Assembly: GCA_030141605.1 (NCBI GenBank)
Contig: JAQGDQ010000075.1
Coordinates: forward strand, 496,001 to 560,000
Reading direction: 5' to 3'
DNA: 64,000 nt
Source: Tubiluchus corallicola
Lineage: Eukaryota > Animalia > Priapulida
Positions 1 to 19,289 of the stretch are shown one piece after another (the stretch's first letter is position 1; every line of letters begins with the position of its first letter). Made by a program: the position numbers and the translations under genes. The notes beneath the pieces were generated by a model. It was given only the letters and a program-made list of their open reading frames with translations, searched no databases and had not been told where the DNA came from.

Positions 1-498
1 GCTGTCAAGAGAGAGAGAGAATTCGCGACCGAAAACACACTAGCCTGAACGCTATCTAAATTGTTCCTTTAGTACGCTACAGAATCTAGTTAAAGCCATC
101 CTAGAAACACAGTATTTCTTGCCAGGCATCCCCTGACTGTTTGTGTGTACTCGACACAATGTTTTACTACTTTCATTTTTGCACGAAACTTATGCGCACT
201 TGTAAAATTTATTCAACTAAATTCTTAATCTGTTAAAACTCTTAGAAATTTTTATTGTAGTTTTACTCTTTGACTATGCTCTTTTCTAGCTTGAAAATTA
301 AACAGCTGTGTTGTCGTATGCATTTAAAATCGTCTTGTTGAAGACGCGAAGTTGCAGCAACAAAGTCAAATCGCTGTCTGTCTGGAAAAATGTCGCGTAC
401 AGGTTTTCCAAGTCTGAAGTTCAAAATAAATTATTTAGTCAAGAATATAACAATTTTTTAACAAACAAAAAAAGCATCTTTCGTATTTTGTATTTCAG

Positions 499-3400
499 TG
501 TTTATAATGGTGCAGGTACTCTTGTCGATAGCAGTACTCGACGTTGTGGTAACTCGCCACTCAGTGATGGCCCTAATTATGGCCCTAGTTATGGCCCTAA
601 TTTAAGTGGCTCCCATTATTTTACCGGGTGTATTTCAGTAAGAACTCTATCACAGTACTATAGAAGAGCATGCCTTGCATTCATATGCATTTGAAGAACC
701 AACCATTTGCCATTTTCAATCAAGATAATCAATGTAACATGCAAAATTTTGCGTACATTCTAGAATAATAGGTGTAATGCATGGTATTATAACTAATATT
801 ACTAAGTAATGCATTAACAGGCGAGCTTTTGTAAAATTTGGTTTAACAAATTTGCCGTGTAGGTCTATTTAAATATTTTATTTACTCGAATTTCTAGGTC
901 TGGAAATTACGAATGGTAAGCCAAACATTCGAAATCCTATCTGTACATTTTTGTATGTGTGTATATGATTGTAGATTTGTTTAACGCTCGTAACTATCTG
1001 AAACTGCAGTTACTTTTGAGTCACCCTGTATATGCACACTGTACTAATTGTAAATTATAGAATAATGTTTTCTATTTGTCGTTTGTAGAATATGTTACCA
1101 TGTCTGTGCCATATGAAGGTGTAACAGCGAACCTTTCTTGCCCTAAAATCGGTAAAGAAGATCCCAAGTGGATGAAATACGTAAATCTTACCCTAGATAT
1201 TGCGATAAATAACAGCACGAAATATTACATAGAATCCAACGAGACAGTCAGCTCTTTGTGGATTAAAAATGTCAGTGTCCATGACTGTGGCTGGTATAAT
1301 TGCCTTAGCAATGAGTTCAACGGAGTTATTACACTGAATAGTAAGTGATATAAGGGTAGTGGGTAGCACGTTCAGTTCTAGTTGGAGATATTGCGTGCCA
1401 TTTATGGTAATTAAGATTGCGCCGGCGCTGCTACAGTATTGTCACTGTTTCAAGGGTACTTAAAGCTGCTTTGAATACATATTTGCATTTTCTACATACA
1501 TTCGAACGCCAGTTTTTTAATGTTGACATAGGAAAAAATAAGCCTTTTCGCTGTTCCAGCGATTGATGATGATCGTGAAAAGGTCAGAGGTTAGGTGTAC
1601 CAGATAATGCATTTATGTACACTTGACAACGCCTCGCAGCCCGCACTACTGTAATAGTAACAGTTTAAACAGCTACCTAGAGCCTTACCTAGTTCATAAT
1701 CGCTCTAGGCACAGACTAATGCATTGATTAAGTAAAGTCCACGTAAAACAACTTAAGTTACTGAACTGATGTGGCAGACGGCCTTGCTTTACCCACATGT
1801 CACGTGACGGTTGTAGTTAAGAGGCGTTGCTATGGTACTTTCACCTGCAGCAAGTGCACGTGCGAAACTGTGAAAGGGTTTATTTGTAACTGATGCGAAA
1901 CTAAGTGATGCTTTTACATATAGATTGTATGCTTCTTGGTAGCGTAGTGTAGCGCTTCTGTATAGCGCAGGTAAACCAGTCTGCAACTGAGAAGTTTGCA
2001 TCTGTAGTTCATATAACATGAGTAACCAGGTTCCAGAGATAATACTAGTGACCCGCCGATATTGTCGAGCTTTCATGGTGCTGATTGATCATGTACTTTT
2101 TTGATTTAAAATTTAAAAATGCATTTGCTTGAACAGCCCGGAAATTTTGAACGTCACCTTGCAATCCGGGGGACCATGTTAGTCTTTCACCCAAAGTGCT
2201 GAGTCATTCTATAGAATTTTAGAACCTTAGAAAGAAAGCTTTTGAACTAATCAGCCAAGCACGCGCATAAGCTTTTAGAGTGTCAATCAGGTTGTGTGGC
2301 GACTTATGTTAAAAATTGTGGTAAGTGTAGTAAAAAATAAGACAATGTGACAGTTAATGTTTGAACCTGATGTGTATAACTGATTACTAACACTTTTAAC
2401 TATCATTTTAGTTGCAGCGAATTTTCGTCGCTATAGACATCGGTTTCCCAAGTCTAAAAATATTCGTGAAGGAGACAGTTACTGTATGGAATGTAAACCT
2501 ATTGGCTGCCCTGATAACTTTACATACACGTGGAGCAAAGACGGAAAGCCAGTGCAGACAAACGAGCACGTTTATTTCCTATTTAATCAAACACATGGGT
2601 TGATAAATTCAACGTAAGTTCGTTTTGGGGTTATGACTTTATTGCGTTAACAAAGGCTTTCCTCACCAAAGGTTTAAAATGGTGATCAACAGATCCGATC
2701 TGCCTCGGTTTAATCTTTGCATGCCAATTTTTAATTTGTTTTCTTATATGAACTTGTATGTAATTTATATCGACTCATCAGAAACGAGGCACTAATAGCA
2801 GTAACAACAGTAATGACAGCGATGACGACGATGACGACTACAATGATAACGACAGCAGTAACTGCAGGACAAATAGCTACAACAGCAACAGCAGCCCTGA
2901 TAACCAGAGCAGAAGCGACAGCAATGGAAAAAATAATGACAACAACAACAATGGCAACATGCACCAGAGACAGCAACAAAGTCAACATTGTGTAACCATG
3001 GTAACTGAATGTAAATAACTCTGACAACAGCAACAGTGATGACGACGATGGCGACGACGAAATTAATGCATACATAATTCCATTTAAAATCGAGTTGATT
3101 GCAGGCTTTGGTTTCTATCCACGCTCACGTTGACTGGCTTCACTTAAATTTGCAATGCGCTCACAAAACAAAAAAAACGTGTATGAGTTTAATCGCGTTA
3201 AAACTATACATTCAGTATAGCGTTTTTCTTATTCAATGATTTCACCACAATTTCTAAATAAATGGCATTAGGCATCTTGTTTATCATTATGTTTTTCACA
3301 TCGTTGGTGATTTTGTTTTTGTTAAAGGGATTCCCCGATTGTAAACTAAAACACAAATAGACTTTAAATTTTTTTTATTAACATACACAATATTGGACTG

Positions 3401-6400
3401 TTCCGCTACGCGTAACCTCCACGGAGGCAGTAATAACGTTGTTTTTTACCAAAAAATAAGCAGCTAACCAACCTGCCATGCTTGTACGACAACCACGTGA
3501 GGTTACATCATTTTATGCTGGCTTCAGTGCATGCTGTACGTAAACAGCTGGTGAAACCCTTGAATAGTTCATACACAACAAATCGTTTGCACTTTTTGTT
3601 TGACTTTAGACTTTATAGCGCTAAATTATCTTTATAACGTTATTTTGTAATTTATGCAATATTGTCTCAGACTCGAGTGTCGACGTCAGCGACTTTTGAG
3701 AGGCTTATTTACTGATCGGTTTACATTTAATCGTATTTCTCTAGTACGATTCCATATGAATGTTTTTGACTGTTTTTAACATTCGTTCATCGTATTTTCT
3801 TGAGAATTAATGCTCATTGGTCAGGGAATTGCGTGAGAAATGACGAATTGAGGAATTGACGAGAAATTCTTGTATAAATGCTTCACAAATTTCACGTAGT
3901 ATGTGCCGGCCGCCTTGACAAACGATTTATATTAACCGGTTATTTTTATTGGACTAAATTCAGCTTGGCTCAGGAGTCAGTGGGTCGAATTCCAGGACAG
4001 CCTGGCTGCCTTTTAATACCGCTGTGCGGGTATCCATCCTGTTAGTTGTTCTTTAATGGTAACAATATTAATTTAAATAGATAGCAGATAAATTTAGCAG
4101 AATTTTGCATTAAAAAATTTTTTCCAGGTCATTTGAATCGTGTCAAACACGTTCTATGTTCTAGAGATTCTAATTAATATTAATACGCAAACAAATGAAT
4201 ACAGATTATAACAATCTTAAGATAATGCAACACACGATCTAGTTATTTTAGGTGAAATAGGCCTAAATTTACGTAATAAGTTATCAAAACATTAGACTTA
4301 AACATTATCAAAAGAACGGAGCAATTAATTTAAAAGTTCATTCCATCAAATTATGATAATTTCACATGCGAAGCTACTGCAATTAATTAATGGCGTACGT
4401 CTAGACTCGATGGTGTATTTTAAGCTAGACGATAGAGACAACAGTGATTATATCAACGGGGAGTCTGACAAGGGGAAGCAATTTGCTTACACATATTCAA
4501 TTACCATACAATTACAATCTTACAAAAAGTGACTAACTCTAGATGTTCAGCCGCACTTATTGTAATATTTTTTTACAATCTTACAAAAAGTGACAAGCTC
4601 TAGATAAAAGTGCGAAGTGATCATAAAAATCACTCAGTTTCACAATTGACTGTCTTGACATGTTGCTAACTAGGATTAAGGTCAAATTAAACCCTCACTG
4701 TAATATGAGTTTTTACAATTTAAAACTCTGCTCTTATTTCGAATATTCAGTTTGTTTTATTATAAATTTACTGTAAAACGTGTTTCTTTTGATTTTTTAT
4801 CACTTCGTTGTTAGCGGTATTAAATTTGAAAAACCGCCATTTTTCGTTGCGCAAGGCGAATGGCGTTATGAAGTACAGTCACGAGGTCACCAAAGAATTA
4901 TAGACAAACATTGGTAACCAAAGACGCTTTCTGTACCTCGTACTTCATTCTCGCTCACTCGCGCAAAATACGCGAAACACTGTGATCTTTGCGGCTATGA
5001 ACCCTTTCGAAATTCGCTAGAAAAAGATATTCAGTTTATAAGTTTCTTAAGTATAGTAATAGCTATGAATTTGTTGTGTAGTCAGTATAGTAATAACTAT
5101 GAATTCGTTTTGTAGTTATAGTGCTTTAAAAAAACTTCAATGTCTGTTGGAATTATATAGGCCTTTTAAGATGCGGAAACTTTCAGTTCTTTGCTGTTTA
5201 CAGATTATGTATTAACGAAGGAAGAAAAGACATTGACAATGGTAACTATTCCTGCCATGCAACTAATGATGTAAACGAAGGAGATTCCACTCATATACTC
5301 ATCCGAATCAAATGTATGTAATCTTGGGGCTATTTGCTGTTTCAAAAATATTTTTGCCATATCTTGAATTAAACACAAAGTTCGTACGTAGCGTAATAAG
5401 TCTAGATTAGTTTTAAATTTACAAAATTTTTATTCGCGTATCACATGTAATATTTGGACTAGGTTTAGTTGGCATCAAATGCCTTTAAGGCTTCAATAAT
5501 TAGACGCCGAAAACATTAAATATGCCAGGTGAACAAGGAAAGGTGCAGAATATGCTTGTGTCCAAGACTCTTTGTAAACTTTGAGAAATACGTGATATTT
5601 GCGTTCATCACATATAGAACGTCTCTTTCGATAAACATAAACAACTGGGCGTGTTACACTATTTTTCATTATAGCCTAGTAGGAATACCGCTAAAGTACT
5701 AGTTTGTAAAAATTAATTCCAATACAAATGGTTTTTGTTTTTCTTAATCAGTGTATTATGCAGTATTCTTCTCTCCAAGAATTGGCATTGGAGAAATTTT
5801 TTTAGGGCTCGTTGAGTATTAGACTCAAATGAGCACTTGAAGATGTACAAACTCGTGCAGGGCAAGGAAGAGGCTATGCAATTCTGTACCCATGCAAAGT
5901 TGATTTTGTTAGTTGTATTATGGCGGTCCTAAGCCCATCCCGCTGACGGTAGTTCTTTGACCACTTTTAAAGTGGTGAAGGTGGTTTTTTTCTGTTAGAT
6001 CCTTTGTCCGACGTGGTTGTTTGACAGGTGGTCCTTTGACCACCCATCCCCCGGTCAGGATATATACAAGAGTAAATTTTCAGGTGTGGTTGGTACCAGT
6101 ACAGGACTTTGGTTGATACCACTTTCTATTCGTCATAGTTATAAAGTAATATGATGTAATGGCAGAATAAATCTTTAGTATGTCATAATCAACCTATAGT
6201 CACCGCAGCTACCACTGGTTTGCAAGCATTGGCAAAAGCACGGAGAAACACTTTATAGGTGGCGCTGGTAGGAAGTCAGCTTTTCATGAGGCGGTATAAA
6301 ACCGTCCTCTAATGCCAGAAATTTAGCTAGATCGGCCATTAGGATCAGCAATGTAGACTCTACTTCCTTAACGCCAATTATGAGTAGCAATTTTGTATTT

Positions 6401-8404
6401 GAGATCTGTTTCAACATTTAAAATTACTGGAAATAAGAAAACACACTAATTTTTGCAAGTACTACAATGAAGTGTTACAGTTCTGTAAAATTCTGTAAGC
6501 TCAGCTCAGTCATTATCACATTTTTAACAAATACTAAATGAAAATTTGTTATTGTGAGCTTTTTAGTCTTTGTATAATGTTGCTGTTTTATGAAAAGTAG
6601 AAAAGTTTGGACAATGAAATGTCTCAATTCTGCTCTCCCTGTATTTTCACATGTATATATGCATGTACTACTAGGTTTTATATATATGTATTTGTACTGC
6701 TACTAGGTTATATTTATGTATTTGTGTCGCTTCAGCCCGCTATGCTGCTTTGTGGCCGTTTATCGGAATAATCGCACAGGTTATCGTCTTGGCTATCATC
6801 CTCTACGTCACAGAAAAGAGGAAGAAGTCCGAGGAGGAACCATTTGCCGTTTCCTCCCAGGAGACTTTGTAAGCATTACTGGAATGCCAGTGTTGTAACC
6901 TTATTGGATGAGCCCTGACCACGTGATTCATTGTGCATGTAGGTGTAAATTGTTGTGTGGTTAAACTGTTTAAAAGTAAGGCCAAGTCTTCTTGAAAGTT
7001 TGGTTTATTTCAACGTTCGCGAAAAATGTTAGAGGATTTAGTAATAAAGTTGCAATAAGCGCCTGGTGTAACTAGTAAAACCACTTTTAAAGTCGCGATC
7101 ATTTCAAGCTTGGGCGCTCCCATATTAAATCCCCATTCTTCTTCAAATCATTCGTCTTGAAGAAAAGTAGTGCACTGTCAACCTTCATCAAAAGTATAAT
7201 AAGTTTTTACAAAAAACATTACATAGCTCATGTTGTAATATTTTTGCATGAACATTAGGTAAGCTGCAGAGGTCTGAATTAGTTTAAGCAGCGTGCGCTT
7301 ACGAAAAGTCACGAAGTTTCCCAGTTACGTCATGGTTTTCAAATGAATGGCGGCAACCGCCACGCCTGAAAATTTCTATTCATGGGGTGGTACATTTTAA
7401 ATTTATGCTGTATACATAGTTTTGTGCAAATTTGTTTGTTATATTTTTCTAAGGTTAAGTGATAACAGTAAAATAAACCCAACATACTGAGTGACTTGTT
7501 CTTTCCTTTAAATTGTTATTTGCACGCAATGTAACTGTGTAAGTGTTATTAATCATAGCTGTTTTGCATGACAGTCTCAATTTTCAAGTTTTATTACATT
7601 TTCTCAGCATCAAATTATTTCTGCGTGTTTTCTTTGTAATAATTAGTGTTGATACTTTGCACTGTAGTTACCTCTTGCTGTGATTTTATTAGATTTAGTT
7701 CTTTCAAACTGCAGCACTTAACTTATGAGTTGAATGTCATAGAAAGCATTTGAATAGATGAAACTTAAACAGAATGCACATTAGGGCTGAACGAGATTAG
7801 AAGCATCACAGAAAGGAATGGATTATTTATTAAAATAAACAGTTGATGCGTAAGCTTCAGAAATTTTGAATTGTAGTTTTGTTATTTGATTGTGTAAATC
7901 CGCATTGTACTCAACAAAGTCATACGTTACATTAATTTGACGTAGTTTTTTGTGCACTTTAATTTTGGCAAGCTAATTCTCGAATTTGCTGAATAAGAAC
8001 TGAATAATCTATTCTAATTTCCATAATTATATGAATTTCTTCATTTATTCACTCGTTCTTATTCATTGATTCATTCACTCGTATGTTTATTCTTTCATTC
8101 AAGGGGCACGTTTATTTAACAGAAATGCTGCATTTTTTCTGTCCATCCATGCGTTTGTTTGTTCGATCTTTTGTTCATTTCTTTTTGTTCACTTGTTCAT
8201 GCGTTAGTTTGATTATTCACTCATTTGTTCAATTGGCCATTTTCTTTGTTTATTTATAGTATACAGATATGTTAGTATAATACATGAAAGGTTTACATCT
8301 CTTTTCTGTTTTTTAGGCAAGAGAGAAGTGCTAGTGAACGAAAACCACCAAAAAGAAAAAAGCATCACGACCCTGTGTACCGCCTCCCAACAGCGCCAAA
8401 TTAA
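499..8404 (+). CDS. Basigin/neuroplastin/embigin-family two-Ig-domain type I membrane protein (spliced; 5' end/signal peptide exon not located)
   Basis: Phase-consistent GT-AG exons: tentative micro-exons 499-515 and 898-915, then 1089-1340 (Ig1: LSCPK..W..DCGWYNC), 2412-2613 ([27 protein letters not shown]), 5204-5313 ([21 protein letters not shown]), 6736-6868 ([31 protein letters not shown]) and 8317-8404 (stop TAA 8402-8404). The AALWPFxGIxA(E/Q)V..EKR TM signature is typical of the basigin family. Confidence 0.88.
2795..3062. repeat. Degenerate trinucleotide low-complexity tract (ACA/GCA/ATG/ACG) in an intron
   Basis: Runs such as gatgacgacgatgacgac and acaacaacaacaatggcaac give spurious Thr-rich and Val-rich ORFs. 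Confidence 0.75.
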
Positions 8405-10571
8405 TCACTCTGAGTTCGCGGTCTGACTTGATGATCTATGCTGTATATAGTACAATGTACATGCTCTTTGGAGTACGCTACATGCTGCATTTGGTTTCCT
8501 TTAATATTTAGCAGGAAAATCACGAGTTTAAAGAGAATAACAGGCTTTTTACAGTTGACTGTGTTAGAAGCATTGCACTAAAGGCAGTAACGTAACTGCT
8601 ATGATTGAGCCAATATTAAGTTAACAGGTGTCAAATCTTGACCTCTAACTACTGACTAGAAGATAAACTTATTATACCCCTTTTAATAAACGAAAAAATT
8701 AATTAGTTGAAACATTTCTAGCAAGTTAGACACCAAAGATTTTTGGGGGACCACATTTTTGTATTTTGTCCTCTGCATGTACTTCAAAACGTGCTAGTGT
8801 CAGATTTACCATATTCAAAAGTAGTGAAGTGCAGGGTTCCACCATGTGCGTGACAAAATTTGAAGCTCTCGCATAAAAGCTCTAAAAGGTTAAAAAAGTA
8901 AAGAAATTATGACCTTCAAAGGTCAATAACCAACTTCTGCCATTTGTTACTCACTCCACATGTGCGTGCTTACGCTGTTAATCTAGTGTCACTAACCGAA
9001 AAATTTGTGTCTCTGTCTTACGCTCATTTTAAGTTATTTAACTGAAAAATCTCAGAGTAAATAATAAAGTGAGATTGGTAGACTCACGCAAAAAGTGAGA
9101 CAAACATTGGATGTCATGTTGTACAATACTGTACAAAACTTCATTTGATTGTTAGGTCCTTAAGCGACCCACTATTATTCAATACGCAGATTGGCGCATC
9201 TGCCCCGCTGCATTGAAATCTATAGATCCAGGCGCTTTTACATGCATGCAAAATTTTAATGTAATAACGTGGACTGGTTTTGTTTTGTCAGAGTGCCATA
9301 AATTCGATTTTGTGATTGCTCAGCGAAATCTGTTTAAGTATTGAATTAAGTTTATCAACAGATATCCTTCATTTTTATTTTGAAAATTAACTTGCTACTA
9401 TTTAACTAAACCATTGTTAATGTTAAGGCAACTAAATATGTCGACGTGTTTATAGAATATGTATATTTCTCCATATTATCCTGAGTCTCGAAGTTCTCTT
9501 GCATTACTATGTGATTATTTGTTAATGATAGAGATGTTCTGTATTTTTGAGCTTATGCGCACGTAAACTTCCATTTTTATTAACTTTTCATTGCCTGTTT
9601 TATGTTAAATAAATACGTTTTGCATTTTTATACACATTTCATTTTATTGCCCAAGTTTTTTTATTGTTTTCACTGCGAATTGAACCTGAGAACACTCACT
9701 GTGGGGAACTGCGGGTACAATGTCCAACTTGATATAAATACAGAGCATTAATTACTCGTTTGTGCTTAATTGTCAGCAAACATTCACCTTCTGTCGTCAT
9801 TTGATCCATTTTTAAACGGCTGTACTAGATGTTTTGCACAAAATCGATTCACGTGATTAATTTACATTCTCTTGATATCTATGACAGTTAAATTGATTTA
9901 CGAAAAGCTTTAATAAGTGAACTATCTTCCGCTAACCTCAGAGCATGACATATGTCACAGACCCAGTTAAATCTTCTATATAATTTAATCTTCCTGCTTG
10001 TTTTTTATTTCGTATGAATTTTTGTTGTTTTTTTGGTCATTCGTTCTACAGTAGTGATGTATAAACGTCTTTAGGAACCATAGTTCTTAGCTGATTACGG
10101 TAAAGCTGTTTATTTTCAAGGTCCGTAATTCCAAATTACTTTACTCCAATGTTTGTAGAAATTAGTTTACTGAGTTCCCTATGCGCCTAACATAACTTGT
10201 TTGACATAGTTGACTACTTTGACGTCATTAATACAATATGCGTTTCAGCATATGTCCACATTCTCTTGAAAGCAATATTAAATTTTAAAAACTGTGAAAA
10301 AATATTAGGCGGGTAAATTCACCCGTAAAATTCGCCTTACTGCTTCTTATGACAACCTCCAAAATTTTCCGTTATATATATGTACTTCTTATACTTCGGC
10401 TCGCAAAAATACAGAGCAAAAAAGTGGCATAAAATGTTTAAAACTATTTGTGTAGGGCTACGGCTAACGCTGTATGGGATACAGCATTTCGTGACCGCTA
10501 GTTAACGTCCAATATCTTCTGCTCTGTTACTTTTGGGCGCACAAATGTCATCCTGAACAGTCTTTTCTTAA

Positions 10572-15672
<5,101 letters not shown>

Positions 15673-18600
15673 TCTTTTCCCACTGGCGAGTTTAAGTCTT
15701 CATAGCTGCAGCACCTAAAAACTATGATCGAATGTTGTAGAAAAACCTGTTGATTACCACAGCAATTTACACGTTACTCATTTCGTAAACTCCAGCTAGT
15801 TTTGCGCGACCAATTATTAGGTGAGATATGTTTCGCTACAGTAGATCCAGTAATGTCCCGCCTTATCTTGACTCCTGGGCAGTGGGCAAACGCTGCAAGT
15901 GACTCTGATTTGGTGTCTGGAGAATTTTGCCATCATAACTGCGATCTTTCGTGTCAAAAAACACACAAAGTTTGCTAATTGATAAAATGTCACACGAAAT
16001 TCTTTTTAGTTGACACTGTGGTCCCATAACAGCATAACAACTTTCCGCAAATGCCTGCCTTTTCCAGTTTAAACAGTGCCCGAAGTACGTTCACCTTTCC
16101 CAAACCTGTAATTGTCGAAGCGGAAACATAAACCGTATATTTGTTTAGAGGGCATTGAGTGATCACAGATTGCCTGAGTTCAGTAAGTTGATAGCTTGGG
16201 CCGAATATGTGCAATGCCGTTAGTTGAAGGCCCACTAAAATGGTAACCCCAAGCAATAAAATGGATTTCGTAGGTAATCAAAATTCAGAACTCAACAATA
16301 GCGAAACTATGGTCTTGAGATAAAGATCAAGTCAGCAAAGATTTTTCACAGTCAGCACTTGCAGTTTTGGACATATTGCAGAATCCTAAGTTTATGACTT
16401 TGTCATTTTATATTTATTCTTTCTTTTTAAATAGAAACGAAGTATAAAACATCACAATAGTTGAGTTGGAATTGTATGCAGTGCAGTCATTTTTATCTTC
16501 ACGATAAAAACCACCTGTGTGCAAGTATAGTGCATGTACTAAGTAAGCCAGGCTTCGACCTAGATTGGGCGTTTAGCTCTTTAAGAAGACTTGTTTGTAT
16601 ACAGGTAGAAAATTTACAGCTGGGACCTGACTCTTCATCAATTGAAAATCCATTTCATTGCTAAAATATCACAAGATCAATTCAGTAGCCTTACCGTGAA
16701 TAGTTGAAAAACATTTATAGGCAAAATGGGTTGAAAATATCTAGAACTAAAACTGAACTTGTTAAATTAAAAACAGGTGAATCAGCTTCGATCGTCCATG
16801 GTGAACCTGCACTCTAATGTGATTATGCACATTCAACAGCAGGTCATCTGCTAGGAGTGAAACTAGCTCATATCAGTCAGGGAAGTCGGTGCTACCACCT
16901 AGTGTCGAAAATTGGATTGAACAAAATTTGCCAAAAATTGAAATAAATCAATTGATCAAGCCCATGTTACACAGCCACATTGCGTACATGTATATTGCAG
17001 GTGCTATAGTTCTAGCAAATTCCTTGAAACAGACGACAACGGCACGATATACATGCATAATAAAAAATAATAGAAGGCAGCATATTAGTATATGGTCTAA
17101 CGTTTGGGACGCCATTTTAAAACCAATTTGGTCCTGTAATTATATTTAGACTTTGTATGTTAGTCTGTATCTTAGTCACAAAATTTTGCAAAATAATTTA
17201 CCTAGGCTGTTGCTAATAGAGATGCCGTGATTCGCAAGAATAGCTTGGAAATTTTCCAAATGAATATAATGAGTAAAATATAAGCCGTAAGGATTAGGGT
17301 TAAATGGTATTATTCCCATCTTTTAACATCTCGTTTACTACACCATCTCTTCTAGGAGTTTTGTCGTCTTTGGCCGTAAAATGGCTCCAAAACTACCTTT
17401 TCCGAGATGCGATACTCAAGCCGCGTGAAACTTGATGGGACGGTATTAACGACGTACTGTTCAAAGTTTTCTAAACGTGTGTCGTACAATGTTGCGAAAT
17501 TGCGCAGAGATTGCCTAAATTTCTTCTTTTTCGACGCATCAGCGCCCAATTACTGCGCATCTTTACTTTAAACGTTACAAGAGAAGCAATGTTATTCAAA
17601 TCTGAATGTAGTTTGTTACTGTATGAATCACCTTGAATCAGCTTATAATATACATAATTAGTTGATTAGGCTGTAGTTTTGAATATAAAAACTTGTTCTG
17701 ACATTAACTACGTGAAACTTTCTAGAAAAGCTGTCTAGAGACTTGAACTGGCTGTCTGGCCAATTTTGTTTCACGTATCATTTGATAAATGTTACAATGT
17801 GTTTTACTAATATTTGTCAGAAACGAAAGTTCGATTAGATTTTTGAGTCATTAGGTGACTACGCACAATTCAATGATTTAAGTAAACCTAATTTAGACGT
17901 TTACAGTTTACTAACTCTACATTATGTATCATTGTATGTCTGTATAGTTTTGTATTCATTTTGTGCTTGTAATAATAAATGTAGATATGTAACCATAATT
18001 TAATCATATTTCATTTTCTCAGTTTTCTTAGGATACAAAGTAATCGACAGGTTTACAGATCCAATATTTCACATCAACCTGAGCCTATTTCGAACCTTTA
18101 ATAAATAACGAAGTCTGCAATACTTCGTACAATGATTTTTGTATAAGACAAGACAAGACGAGGCGAGGCGAGGGAAGGCAAGGCCAAAACAAGACAAGGC
18201 AAACTCACCTGGGAGAACGACTGTTCTGCTTGTTTCCCAGAAAGAACGCGAATTCTTCCATTTTGGCTGTTGAGAGGTAAAACAGGCGTATAATAATGTT
18301 GTTCTGCATCTAGTTGCAGTTAATCAAAACGGAAGAAAGAGCGCCGTGAGCTATATTATTAGGATAGCATTCACGGACACTGAAAACTGTCAATACGCAT
18401 TACGCGCACATGGAGCAGGACTTACCTTAAGGAAATATGAATCTACAATGTAAAGTCATAAAGCTTTACACGAATATACTAGAACGAATTTTGCATCGAC
18501 GGACGGAATCGAATTTTCAAACCGCCATTTTGAATTACAGATGGTGGCGAAAACAGTATTTTCGAAAAAAAGCCTAAGCTCCGTCAATTTGCAACAGATC

Positions 18601-19017
18601 AACGTGAAACGTAGCTACTATACTGATTTCTGCGTCGACTAACAAGATTTGGATTTTTGATTTGCCATCTTGAGTTCAAATCAAATCATGTTCATACTTT
18701 CTAACGTGTAATTTTGGGTACCCCCGATCATCAATTACTTTTTTGCTATTTTAGTTGCTTTAAATTTCTTTCTCAAAAGACTACTAGTGTAGGAAAAAAG
18801 AAAAAAACCTCAGGGTAGATGCCTATGTACTGTAGTTAAAACTTAAAATCTTGCACAAATCTTGCCAAATATGTCGAGATCATCAAATAAAAACAGCCGA
18901 AAAATTATTGTCGTTAGTGAGATATTGATGATTTTGTCAGGTGACGCATACTATGTTACTGTACGGCTTCGGTAACGTAAAAGTGTCAATAAAAGCTGAA
19001 CAAAAGCTTCTAGGCCA

Positions 19018-19019
<2 letters not shown>

Positions 19020-19058
<39 letters not shown>

Positions 19059-19067
19059 CACACACAC
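19020..19067. repeat. (AC)n microsatellite
   Basis: Direct read. Confidence 0.95.
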
Positions 19068-19289
19068 TTGTGAAATGTATTACAAGTTGATATAAATGTG
19101 GCTTTTGTCCTTCAATTCAGTAGTGATTCAAGGTCGAACAAAGTCACTAGAATTTTTTTTTGACATTTGAGCCAAATTTTACAACGCACAAGAAATAAGT
19201 CGCCCTCACACGTAAATATTAATCTGTGAAGTTTGAATTTTGCAAATTGGTCGCCAATTGCATTGGTGCCATTGCACAACATGTTCCAG

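Noticed and set aside
308-694. 128-aa ORF with a GPNY/GPSY repeat
   Set aside because: Non-ATG start; mostly intronic. The repeat comes from a 12-bp tandem (atggccctaatt) x3. Only 499-515 may be exonic.
2731-3075. Hydrophobic Val/Ile-rich ORF (and Thr-rich ORF on the + strand)
   Set aside because: Translation of a degenerate trinucleotide tract inside an intron.
5760-6420. GC-richer intronic segment as an extra exon of the Ig gene
   Set aside because: No phase-compatible open exon found, and exons 5204-5313 and 6736-6868 already join correctly. Likely an old repeat remnant.
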